The position numbers and the translations under genes were made by a program. Below the pieces are notes generated by a model, which saw only the letters and a program-made list of their open reading frames with translations, ran no database searches and was not told the origin of the DNA. 64,000 nt of DNA, taken from assembly GCA_033442325.1 (NCBI GenBank), contig JAWQFM010000013.1, positions 962,885 through 1,026,884 on the forward strand. The letters run 5' to 3'. The first letter of the stretch is position 1; each line of letters opens with the position of its first letter. Positions 18,202 to 34,799 of the stretch are shown in pieces. The DNA comes from Salpingoeca rosetta (taxonomy: Eukaryota > Protista > Choanoflagellata).

Positions 18202-19584
18202 TTGCAGTTTTCCTGTCATGCACTCCCACCCTTCACGTTGATGCAACCACCATTCTCTCATCAACTGTCACCCTCTCTCCTCTGCATTGCATCATCATCG
18301 TCTGTGTTGTGTCCACGCCAGGCCACCGGCTGATCCCTTTGCACCAACGCCCGCACGACAGCGCGCACCACACACAAACCTCTTTGATGACACGCCTCCA
18401 GGTGCGTTGGGTTTTCATGTTTTTCATCAAGCACGTCTGCGTGTACGTTCGTACAAGTTTTGTGCGTATGGGCGTGTGTGTGTGTGTGTGTGCTGCATCA
18501 CTCTCTCCCGTGTGTGTGCTCCTTGTCTTGGCTGCAATTTCCTTCACCAGCCAATCCCTCTCCCCTCTTCTCTGTTACCAACCCGCCTCCTTACCACGGC
18601 CACCACCTTCATCGCCATAATTGCAGGGAGTGGTGTGAGCTCAACGCTCGACAGCCCGTTCACGTCCACCATCGCTGCTTCAACAGCGCGGCCGCGCCCG
18701 CACGCGCGAACACAGGCGTCAAAGTCAACGAGCGGTGCGAGTCGACCAGCAAGCACTGCCGTTGCACCCGACACGGGGCGTGTTGGTGGTGATGATGCTG
18801 GTGGTGGTGATGGTGGCAGCCGTGGCCGTGGGGGCGGTATCGCTCCATCGAATCTCCGACGCAGCGCGCCGCCATCAACGAAACACAAGACAGCAGCCAG
18901 GAGGGCAGCCACCAACCACACAGCCGCCGCAACAACAACAGCAACAGCAGCGGCAACAAGGGCACCTCCGTCTCGCCCACCGCCACCGCCGCTTGTGCCG
19001 CGATTACCAAACAGCAAGCGCAGTGCAACCAACACACCGGGCAGCAGCGCCCGCAACAGCCGCGGTGGCAGTGGGGCAACATCCCCTCAACCACGCCATC
19101 GCGCCCACAGAAATGGCATCGGAACGAGAAATGGCGGTGGTGGTGGTGGGGTGGTGGTGGTGTTGGTCATAGTGGTGGTGGGCGCAAACAGAGCGGTGCC
19201 GTGACGCCGACGTTTGCTGCAGACAACACCAACCCGTTCAGCAGTCTCGTGTCCGCCAGTTCAACGCCTGTGACCGCACACACTGGCAGCAGAAGGGGTG
19301 GCGATGATGGTAATGATGACGACAACACGGGTGTCAGGGCGGCGAGTGAGCTGTTCGCGTCAAAACCAACGAGCACACGCACAACACCCGCCCGCAAGCG
19401 GGCTGTGGCGCCACCGCGACGACCAAAGCCGCCAGCAGTCACGCCAAGAGGAGCACGACCAGCGTCCACAGCAGCACAGTCACAGGCAGGGACAGCGCCA
19501 GAGACGCCACACAAACAGCGCGATGATAGTGACATGTATGCAGATGACATGGACGATGTTGACGGCCCAGAGTCGTTCATTTGA
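11047..19584 (+). CDS. Numb-associated kinase (NAK; AAK1/BMP2K-like) Ser/Thr kinase with long low-complexity tail carrying NPF/DPF motifs
   Basis: Exons give KLAEG-GFGSVFVA..YALKK, REVELM-KRLPGHSNIVQLL, EVLLLMEYCPG-GHVVDIMN, LENVLL..FKLCDFGSAT, EEEIGRYTTPQYRAPEMIDLY (NAK-typical), ADVW-ALGCLLYKLMFF. The HRD exon is not visible and probably lies in an N-gap. The frame is open upstream to ATG 10789, so the start could be earlier. Internal duplicate copy 14279-16444 and a frame break near 19150. Confidence 0.88.
12612..12997. other. Assembly gap (N run); other gaps at 11307-11406, 14092-14278, 15313-15412, 63477-63576
   Basis: Runs of N. Confidence 1.
14279..16444. repeat. Near-identical second copy of 11899-14091 (kinase exons and introns), adjoining N-gaps; probably an assembly or haplotype duplication
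   Basis: Intron and exon sequences match apart from microsatellite length and isolated substitutions (ctgaccctca vs ctgacactca). The copies abut gap 14092-14278 and each contains its own gap. Confidence 0.9.
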
Positions 19585-19593
19585 TGTGCGCGC

Positions 19594-19759
<166 letters not shown>

Positions 19760-20133
19760 CGTTTGTTGGGGTGCCGGTCATGCTGGTGCAACAGCAGCAG
19801 CGGCAACTGCATTAGGTTGTAAACGGTTGCGTGCTTGCGTTGTTCGTACCCCCGACCCAGTGTTGTTAGCGTTGTGCCATCACTTTGTGCGCGTGTGTGC
19901 CTGTGCATGTGCTGTGTGTGTTTGCCCATATCTGTGCTTGCGTTTTGTAGTCGACCCCTTTGTGTTTTTCCCCGCGCTGGCTAAGTGGGACGATGTTGTT
20001 GATGGTGACGTGACGACAGTCGTGATGATGGCCGAGTAAACAACAGCTTTCACCAGTGTGTTTGTACGATCGGTGAGCACAGCTGTTTCAAGTTCTTGGT
20101 TGTTTGTTAATAGGTGGTGCAGTGATGCGACAG

Positions 20134-20179
<46 letters not shown>

Positions 20180-20435
20180 GCAAAGGGCTATCACACAACG
20201 AAGGTCTCCTAAAACCGAAAGGCGAACACGCAGGGAAAAAACAAAGAGAAAGCACAGCACGGAGCAGACAAACGGGGTAGCCTCAAATCACAACACTGCT
20301 CAATGGTAGCAGGTTGCACCTGTGTGCGGGCAGGCACTACCACACCACGGGCCCACCACGACCACATCACCATGCCATTGCGACCATCATGGCATCACCA
20401 CATGGCAGACAGGACAGCACGTGCGGCGGCGCGGT

Positions 20436-21610
20436 TCAGAGCCCCTTGTTGAAATACACGGTGTCACCGGTGAAGCCCGCTGCCTTGAGTTTCTCCCGGC
20501 ACTCGCCCTCCAGCTGGTCCACATGCAGCGAACTGCACACCAAGCACGGTGAAGCAGGAGGTGTACGTGGGTGTGAGTGGGTGAGTGAGTGGGGGAGTAT
20601 GCGTGAGTGAGTGAGTGAGTGAGTGAGTGAGTGAGTGAGTGAGTGAGTGAGTGAGTGAGTGAGTGAGTGAGTGTGTGTGTGTGTGAGTGAGTGAGTGAGT
20701 GAGTGAGTGAGTGAGTGAGTGAGTGAATGAGTGAGTGAGTGAGTGAGTGAGTGAGTGAGTGAGTGAGTGAGTGAGTGTGTGCGTGTGTGTGTGAGGGTGC
20801 GTGAGTGTGTGAGAGAGTGTGTGTGAGTGTGTGAGAGAGTGTGTGTGAGTGTGAGAGGAGTTGGCTGGATGGACAAGAGCAATCACGATTGTCTGCGTAC
20901 CTGGTCTGAGGGAAGATGGCACATGCGAGCGGCGTTGCAAAGACGAGGCTGAACAGAAGAAAAGAAAGAAAACCCCAACGTGTTGAATGGGAAGATGAAA
21001 TGGTGTCACGAAAGCGCACAGGTGCAAAGTGGCTGTGAGGTTCAGACATGGTGGTGTGGAACACAACAGCAGCACCACATTGCACGCAACAACACCACCA
21101 ACACTACACCAGCACACGTGTATGATGCATGTATGTATGTGCATGTGTTGTGTTTGACCATCGCACCAGAGGCCGCAGAGGACGGTTTGGAGTGGAAGAA
21201 GGAGAACAGGCATGCGCTGTTTGGAGACAGAGGCGACGCAGACACACACGCACAAGCAGATGAAAAAGCGGACCACATGCAGGCGTACGTATTGTTGATA
21301 TGCATTGCACCAACGTGAGTAGATGGGGTGTGCGTGTGCGCTTTGTGTGCGCTTTGTGTGCGCTGTGTATGTATGTGTGTGCGCGCGTGCACATGAGTGC
21401 TGACCTTGAAGAAGGGCTTGTGCTGGAGGCGGTTGGCAACGAGCGGTGGAATCGCTGATGGTGATGACGATGACGATCGAGGTGATGTTAGAGATGAAGG
21501 CAGGGTGGGCAGGCGAAACCCAAGTGAGGGGTGCAGGTATCCACACACACAAGCAAACAAGCAAACAAGCAAACAAGCAAACAAGCAAACAAGCAAACAA
21601 GAAGACAGGC

Positions 21611-21641
<31 letters not shown>

Positions 21642-22295
21642 AGACAGAGAGACACACACACAGACACACAGACACACAGACACACACACACGCGCGCGCG
21701 TGCGCGAGGCGGGGGCGACGTACTCATTCCGGGGATGGCCATGATGATGCGCGAGACGACGACAAGGGAGATTGCCTTTTTGGCGGCGGTCTTGGACTCG
21801 ACAACGCCACCGTCGGCACTCGTGATCGCGCAGCCCTTCTCATCGCTCAGCCCAATGCCGTGGCGAAGCTCCCTGAAGACAGAGGCGTGTGCACGTATGT
21901 GTGTATGTTCATGTGTGTGTGTATGTGTATGTGCGTGTGTATGTGTGTGTGTGTGCGTGAATGGAATAGGGAAGAAAAGACATCACATTGAAAACAGCAA
22001 AAGCCACACAATCTCTCCACACACAGGCACATACGTGCAGGCACACACGTGCACGTGTACGTACGATTCACGCATTGCAGGGATGTTGATGCAGTTTGCA
22101 GCTGCGACGGCAGCAAAGGGGACGAGGCGGCCGACAATGCCGTGCGCCAGCGCGGGCGAGTGCTGTCAACACATGCACACACACATGCACACACACACGA
22201 ATATGTATGAATGTATACACAAGCAGTTCGCAGGTATGGTGAGGATGTTGCTCATTACAACATGCTACAGTGAATGGTGCCGAGAAGACGCTAGA

Positions 22296-22380
<85 letters not shown>

Positions 22381-23118
22381 CAACACAACAGCCACACCTC
22401 ACCTTGATTGCATAGTTGAGGCCGAGTGCGGTTGCTGTTGCGGCGCCTGTTGCTCCCGTGTACGCGAGAGCGAGCTGCCTGGTGTTTTAGGCGGGAAAGT
22501 CAAGGAATTACAGAAAGCTGGCAGGTGAGATGCTACAACCACATGTGCATGCATGCCAAACAGAGTTTGTTGAACACGCACACACATACACACACATACA
22601 TGCACAGCCGCGCACGCGCGCACATGTTCATGGCTGCATGCGTCGTACTCGTTTGAGATTGGGTTTGAAGCGTTGCGGTTGGTGTAGTTGACAATGGCGT
22701 TGAAGGACTGGTTCACCCACTGCCACAGCACAACCTGCGGTGTCGTTCTGAAACGCACGCAAAAACACAGGCAGACAGACAGGCAGATATACACGCAGGC
22801 AGACACGCATGCGTGCACGCGGTGTTGGAGAAGAGTAAGTGTGAGCCCACAGTCCAAGCAGGTCCTCGCACGTGCGTGGTGTACATATGGCATGATCCAG
22901 CGACAGAAACGCGACGTGGCACACACACAGCAGGTACACGGGGGGGGGGATGGCTTGCATGTTCGCTTTGCACTGACTTGTAGAAGGTGAGCATGGCGCC
23001 CGTGATGAACATGTTGCCCCAGACTTGGAACGACATCCGGCCAACCATCGTCTGCAGCTCTTTCTGCACAATGCCCAAGGTTGCGCAGTGCAACAGAACA
23101 CACACACACACACACATA

Positions 23119-23163
<45 letters not shown>

Positions 23164-23741
23164 CGGACGTGAGCGCGCGTTGCAGTTGCGGGCTGTTCAT
23201 TGGCATGTTGGTCAATAGACACACCAACGAACCGTTTGGGGGTGGAATGCGGAATCGAAGATGCGCTTGGCTTCTCGCAATTCGGTCTCTGTTGTGTTTG
23301 GCGGCACACGATCCTCCCTGCGGATGAAGTGCGGCGAGTTGAGTTTGTGTGTGTGTGTGTGTGTGTGTGCGGATCGTGCCGTGTTTGTCCTGCGTGTATA
23401 TCCGCACACACAGACACAGACACAGACACACAGACTCATACACAGACACAGACACACAGACTCATACACACACACACACGCGCGCGCGCACACACACACA
23501 CAGACACAGACACATGCGCAAACAGCAAAACTCACTCGTAGGCGGACATGAGCTGCTCTGCTTGGAAGAGGCGTTCCTTGGAGAGGAAGGCCAGGCGTGG
23601 ATCTGTGACTGAGAAGAAGTGCTTCGCCCGGCCCCAGTATGTTTTGAGGTCATACGGAGACTTTGACAGATCCACCAGCGACTTGATGGAGCCTGGCTGC
23701 GGTGGCGTCCCGCCACCTGTTCCAGTGCACTCGCCACTCAT
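20436..23741 (-). CDS. SFXN: Sideroflexin (mitochondrial tricarboxylate/serine carrier family), multi-exon
   Basis: [21 protein letters not shown]; [11 protein letters not shown]; [18 protein letters not shown]; [20 protein letters not shown]; [20 protein letters not shown]; [10 protein letters not shown]; [11 protein letters not shown]; C-terminal VYFNKGL-stop. All are sideroflexin hallmarks. Confidence 0.96.
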
Positions 23742-24154
23742 TGCTGTAGATACCTTGCTCCTCCTGCCTTTGGTTGGGCTTCCCTGCTTGCTTGCTTGCT
23801 CCTGCTTCTCAGGTGTTGGAGGTGTTTCGTGTCGAGGCTGTCGTGAGGAATAATAGTGTGGAACCATGCGTGAGCGAGTGGCGTGTTGACGTGCGACGTG
23901 AGACAAACACAGTCGCCGTGTTTGGATGGCAGGTTGAGCAAGAACAGCGTGCACCACAGCAAGCCAAGCACCCAAGACCACCCACCACGCACGTTGCGGA
24001 AATGCTAGCTGTCTACGACACCACAAAATACATTCACACAAAGCCACCCTGCCGCTTGCTCGATACAACTGTTGTCAACACCACACACACACACACACCA
24101 CCTTCTCCTCCCTCACCCCCTCCCCAACACCTCCGCCTCCAACTTTTCCTCGCG

Positions 24155-25375
24155 ATGCGACGCACGCACGAGATTGACTATGTGTCGTGGGCCGGCGACC
24201 TTGCGTACGGCCTGGGCATCTTCGCCTTTGTGTTTGCGGCCATTGGCGTGTTCACCCCGGCATGGGTTGACCACCACATTGACGTGGAGGACACAAAGGT
24301 CACTTTTGGACTGCCAGACAGTGCCCTGCGCAACAAGTCGCGCATCGTCGGCCGTGGTTTCTTCCAGGTGTGTGTGTGTGTGTGCGAGTGAGTGTGTGTG
24401 TGAGTGAGTGCAAAGAAGATTAAGGGAGCATGCATGTGTGTGAACTGAGCACTTAAACACACACACGCACTCACTCACACTCGCACACCACACACACGCA
24501 CTCGCCCACACTCACACCACACACAACACACACAACACACACAACACACACACACTTGCACAGGCCTACGAGTTCAACGGCTTCGGCGTCGTCACCCTTG
24601 TGCCGTACCTCTTGAGTGATGATATGGGTTCCCTGGACCCCTTCTGCGGGCCTCGCAACGTCACTTCCTCGCTCCCCGTGCTGCAGACCATCAGCGCCAT
24701 CGACGACCCCGTCATCGGCACGCGCGACCGCCGCTACAACTCCGGCGACTGGTGCACGCGACGCGAGACTGCCGCGGCCTTCACCATTATCTCCCTCATC
24801 TTTGGCCTGGTTGCCGTCTTCTCCACCGTGGGCGCGCAAAAGGGCTGGTGCAGCCAGACCCCCTACATTATCTCCATCATTCTCGTGTTTGGATTTGCCC
24901 TCATTGGTACCAGCATCATGGGCGCCTACATCGATGAGGAGCAGAGCCGCGTAAACGACCAGGCCATCCAAGACCGCTTCTTGCCCTTCAAGCAAAGCAT
25001 CCGTCCTGGCTACTCATTCGGCCTCTATATCCTGGGGTGAGTACACCACTCACGAAGAGAGTGATAGAGAGAGGAATTGTGTGTGCGTGCGCGTGTGTGC
25101 TTGTGTGTGTTTATGTTGGTGGGGGCATACACACACGCCACAGGAAATGTGAGCGAGCAGTGTTGACTGTGGACATGAAAGAGCATACATGCCTCTTGTT
25201 GTTCTTCTTTGTTCTTCCTTCCCCTCACTTTTACTCCGTGTCCACTGCCACCCTGCCGCACCGCACATGCAGCCTGCTCCTGTACGCCGCTGCACTGCTC
25301 CTGGCGATTATGGAGCGCTGCTGCTGCAACAAGGACGAAGTTGGCGGCGCCGAGAAGCGCGAGAGTGACGCATGA
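24155..25375 (+). CDS. Four-TM membrane protein, claudin/PMP22/EMP-like superfamily (paralog A); exons 24155-24367, 24564-25036, 25273-25375
   Basis: TM1 followed by TPAW, then GFF in loop 1, two loop Cys (DPFC, DWC), R..AAAF before TM2, TM3, GYSF before TM4, and a juxtamembrane CCC. Exon phases join cleanly. Confidence 0.75.
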
Positions 25376-26217
25376 GTGACGCATGAGGACGCATAAGCGA
25401 GCATGGGCGCGTGCTTGTCAGGCATGACTCGTCGTGCACCCACCTACCAGCTATGCCTCAACAGTTGGTGCATCCACTCGTGTCTGTCTCCATCTGTCTC
25501 TCTGAACTTCTCTGTCTGTCTGTCTCTCCTCCGTCGTTTATCATCATGTCATCCCCCCCTTGTACAGCCAGTGCCAGCAACGTGCGCAGGTGCGCAGGTG
25601 CGCGGTGGCGTTCCATCAACGAACCTTCCTTCCTGCCAACACCCGAGCAAGCGTTTGTTTGGTGCTGCTGTCGCTCACTTCTCTTGCCCTTCTGTATCCA
25701 AACAATCTGTATGCGACACGAATGGTTCCTTTCTTTCTTCCTAAACCCCCCTCCCCCTTTCTGTATCCAATCAGCCAGCTTTTTCAGTCGTACCTGTTCT
25801 TGTGTCCAACATACATGTTTTTGTTGTTGCTGCTTGTGTATGTTGTGGTGATGCGACGTGACATGACAGCATCCATATTGTGCCGTCCAGTGTCCGGTAT
25901 ACACAGCAAGGTTCTTCTGCAGTCAGTACATACAACTCTCGTCTGTCTTGTCTGTGCACGCACATCTGTGTTTGTTCCACTTGAGCAAGCGAGTACATCT
26001 GTGTGTATGTTGTATTGCACACCACAGCACCATGCATTTGAGTCAGTTCATCCACCAACCCACATACAGCGAGTGGCGTGATGTGCAAGCTTGCGATGTG
26101 GGGCACGCATGGCATTTGTCACACACACACACAACAAGAAAGCACGACAGGTGAAGCGAGGCCGATAGATACAGCAATGGCATCAACACGGGAAGTAATG
26201 AACGTGTGTATACGCAG

Positions 26218-26252
<35 letters not shown>

Positions 26253-26443
26253 CAACATGCATGACAGCAGCACCAGCAGCAACAACAACAACAACAACTT
26301 AAAACCAACAACAACCACACACAAGACACATATAAGCAGCCACACGGCGACACTAGATACGAAAGCACACGCGGTGATGGTGGCGAGCAATCTACAATCG
26401 ACAACTACAGCACAAAGTTCCACCCCATTGCCCAGTCGACGCA

Positions 26444-27453
26444 TCACGCCTTGCTGGCCTCAAGCTTGAGCGTGGGCATGCCACCCTCGACCTTGCCCTC
26501 GTGGCAGCACTTCTCAAAGATGGCAAGGAAGAACGCGCACACGTAGAGGATGACGCCAAAGGCAAACACGATGAGGCTGTATCCGCCGACAGTCTGCTGC
26601 TCAAAGGGGAAGAAGCGCTCGTCGATGGGCCTGCGGTCGGCCTTTCTGTTCTCCTGGTCGATGAAGCCGCCCATGATGCTGAGGGTGATGAGGCCCATGA
26701 AGAACACAAAGATGATGCTGATGATGAAGGGCGTCTGGTTGCACAGGCCCTTCTGCGCGCAGGAGGTGGCAATGACGGAGGAGAAGGCGAACAGGCACGT
26801 GAACACCGCAAACACGGATGCGGCCTTGCGCTTCTCGCACCACCCGTGGCTGTTGTAGCGGCGTCCGCGATAGAACCCAGGCACCTCCTCGCTCATCTGG
26901 CGAAGGAGGGGGAGGGAGGACACGGTGTCGTTTGAGCCACAGAAGGGGTCAGCGAGTGTGCCGTTGGCGTCGTCCACGTAGAAGGGGATGATGGTGTATT
27001 GCGCGTATCCGTCAAACTCCAGAGCGTTGAAGAGCCCGCGGGAGAACACGTAGTCTGCGCGGGACTTGCCATTGGGCAGCGTCATCGCCGTGTCGGCCTC
27101 CGTGCTCACCCACGCTGGCGTCGCTGCGCCGACGATCAGCATCACAAAGGCAAGGATGCCCAAGCCATAGGCAAGGTCACCCAGCCATGACACGTAATCA
27201 ACCTGGTCATGTGCGTGCGGTGTGTGTGGTGTGTGTGTGTGTGTGGTGGGTTGGTCGTGAGTGGTGAGGGCAAGCGATCTCAAGTTGCGCAGAGCTACGA
27301 ACACAAGACAAGAAAAACACCACAGAAAGAAATACACAGCCACAGACACACAGACACACACAACCACAGACACAGACACAGGCAGATACACTCACTCACT
27401 CACTCACTCACTCACTCACTCACTCACTCACTCACCTCAAGACGCTCGCGCAT
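26444..27453 (-). CDS. Four-TM membrane protein, claudin/PMP22/EMP-like superfamily (paralog B); exons 27453-27436, 27202-26444
   Basis: MRERLE|VDYVSWLGDLAYGLGILAF..TPAW..RGLF..DPFC..WCEKRKAASVF..GYSL..EKCC. Aligns end to end with paralog A. Confidence 0.78.
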
Positions 27454-28116
27454 GATGATAGGGGGCGGGGTGGAGACAGAAGAGCAGTCAGCGGTAGTGG
27501 ATGTGGTGAGTGGTGGGCGGAGGCAAAATAAGAATGATGCCAGCTTGGACCGTCACACGTGTGTGTGTGTGTGTGTGTTTTTGGGGAACGAAAGACTTTC
27601 AAGGACGATACATGATGACGTTGGATTCCATGCACAAATAACGTGGTTCTGTCTGTCTCCATCTCCCGGCGCCTCTTGCACCTCAACTGTTGTCAAAAGG
27701 GTGTTGTATTGTTCGGTTGGTTGTCTCACCACACCACATCAACATCACACCACAGAGACGACGGAAGGGTGTGGACTGGAGAGAAAGCAAAGGGGAAACG
27801 AGACAAACGAACACAAACCAGCGCATGCGGCTCGCACATGCGACGACACAGACAGTCCAGGCACGGAGACAAAGCAGAGACAACAGCGGCTACAGAACCC
27901 AAGAAAGTGAAGCAGTACACAAGCGACTGGCACTTGAACGAGCGAAGGAAGGTGGGGCCACATGACCAAGCATGTGTGTATGTGTTTGCATGTGTGGTGG
28001 CATGTTTGTGTTCGCATGTTTTATGTCTGTGCGTATGTGTGCATGTGTGTGTGTTTGTGTATGCACGTACACGACTGTGCATGCATGTTTGTTCGAGAGC
28101 GCGCGCAAGCACGTGC

Positions 28117-32530
<4,414 letters not shown>

Positions 32531-32674
32531 GCCTGTCGCTTCGAGTTGAGGCAGCGAAGAAGAGGAACGTGTGCGTGTGTTCGGGAGATGGGGGAGGGGG
32601 TCGTGGTGGTGTTTGGTTGTCTGTCACTGCTGTCCAACCAACGGAAAGTGCGCAAAATCCCACATGCAGGCACG
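32531..32674. promoter_or_regulatory. Putative compact bidirectional promoter between SAM-LRR (-) and DNMT2 (+)
   Basis: Only 144 bp separates the two divergent predicted ATGs. Inferred from geometry alone. Confidence 0.5.
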
Positions 32675-32805
32675 ATGAGCAAGATGGATGCTGATGGCGA
32701 TGGTGGGGATGGGACAACACAGCCGCTGCGCGTGCTGGAGTTCTACAGCGGCATCGGAGGCATGGTGGGTGGTTGCTTGTACAGTGTGCCTGTGTGTGTG
32801 TGTGC

Positions 32806-32847
<42 letters not shown>

Positions 32848-32862
32848 CGTGTGCGTGTGTGC

Positions 32863-32958
<96 letters not shown>

Positions 32959-33333
32959 TCGTTGTTGAACCCTCACTCATGTGCGTACACGTGTATGTTT
33001 CCTCGTCATCAGCACGCTGCGTTGAAAGTTGCCGATCCCACAGCGCGTGTGCTGCGTGCGTTCGACATCAACGATACAGCCAACAAGGGTACGCGGGGAA
33101 GGGGGATGAGAAGGGATGCGCCATATCTTGTTGTTCTTGTCAGAGCACCTTGCACCATTGCTCCTCACATTCGATGTGTGTGTGTGTGTGTGTGTGTTTG
33201 TGTGTGTGTTTGTGTACAATCTTGGTCTGCGTCCTGCCAGTGTACAGGCACAACTTCCCAGAGACACCCGTCTGGCAGCGCCTCATTGGTACGCGAGCAC
33301 TAGCACCATGCATCAACACCATGCATCTGCAGC

Positions 33334-33393
<60 letters not shown>

Positions 33394-34494
33394 CCTCTCT
33401 TTCTCGCACTTGCACTCACCCAGGCATGCACATTCACGTGAGCCACGGTCCTCGCGCCACTGACTCCTCCTGTTCCTTCGATCAATCCATCCATCCATCC
33501 TCCCTTCCATCCATCCTCCCTTCCATCCATGCTTCTCCGCTGCGCAGAGTCCATTCCACGCGAGAGGTTTGAGGGCAAGCTGCAGGCAGACATGTACCTG
33601 ATGTCGCCGCCATGCCAGCCCTTCACTCGCACAGGGAAGCAGCAAGGCATCGAGGACAAGCGCAGCACCAGCCTTCGCTTCATCCTCGACCTCATCACAA
33701 CCATGAAGGTGCAGGCACCGCAGTTTCGCGCCAATGTGTGGTTTGATGATGGTTCTTGCCTTTGCGGCGCTGTCACTCGTGCACGCTTCCACCCTCTTCA
33801 TCTCGGCACGCTGCAACGTCGTGCTCATCACATGCCATGATTGCCATCTGCAATGGTTCTTCAGACACCGCCGCGCTACATTCTTGTGGAGAACGTGAAG
33901 GGCTTCGAGTCGTCCAACGCCCGCCAGCCGCTCATATCTGCTTTGCAGTCGCGAGACTACAGCTTCCAAGAGTTTATTCTCTCCCCTGACCAGGTCGGCG
34001 CAGTCCACGCCTGTAACTGCTGTTGCCGCTGCTGTTGTCGTTGCTGCTGCTTGTGCTGTTGTCGTTGCTGTCGTTGCTGTCGCAGTCTCTGCTGCTGCTT
34101 GTGCTGTTGCTGTGCTCCCTCCATTGTGCTCACACTCCACCCACCTTCCTTCCACGCACATCCAAACACAACCAATTCGTCTCTCTTCTTCTCATCATAC
34201 CGCTTCACCGCGAGCAGTTTGGCATCCCCAACTCCCGCCTGCGCTACTTTCTCGTTGCTGTTCGCGCGCCTCTCCAGCTGCCATCGCCGCCCACAGGCAC
34301 CGTGCTCTACCACATCCCGACGCTCGGCGGTGCATTCGCTGACGGCTACTCCCCACAGATTGCCGCGCACTCGTTTCTCCCGCCCGCCCCACAACAGGTG
34401 CGCACACACCATGCCTCACGCAGTGCTGTTATTGCGGCAGCACGTGCACGACGGCGATGCACACACACACAACACACACACACACACACAACCT

Positions 34495-34561
<67 letters not shown>

Positions 34562-34714
34562 GCACGTGCGACAGGTGCCTGGTGTGCCGCCCGTGCGCCC
34601 CTGGACCCTGCGCCCAGTTCGTGCCGTCGGCGCATATCTGTCCGCTGACGAGGGCGAAATTGCCGCAAATCTCGTCCCCATGAAGGCACGCCCGTCGCAC
34701 CCAATGCAACATAC

Positions 34715-34799
<85 letters not shown>

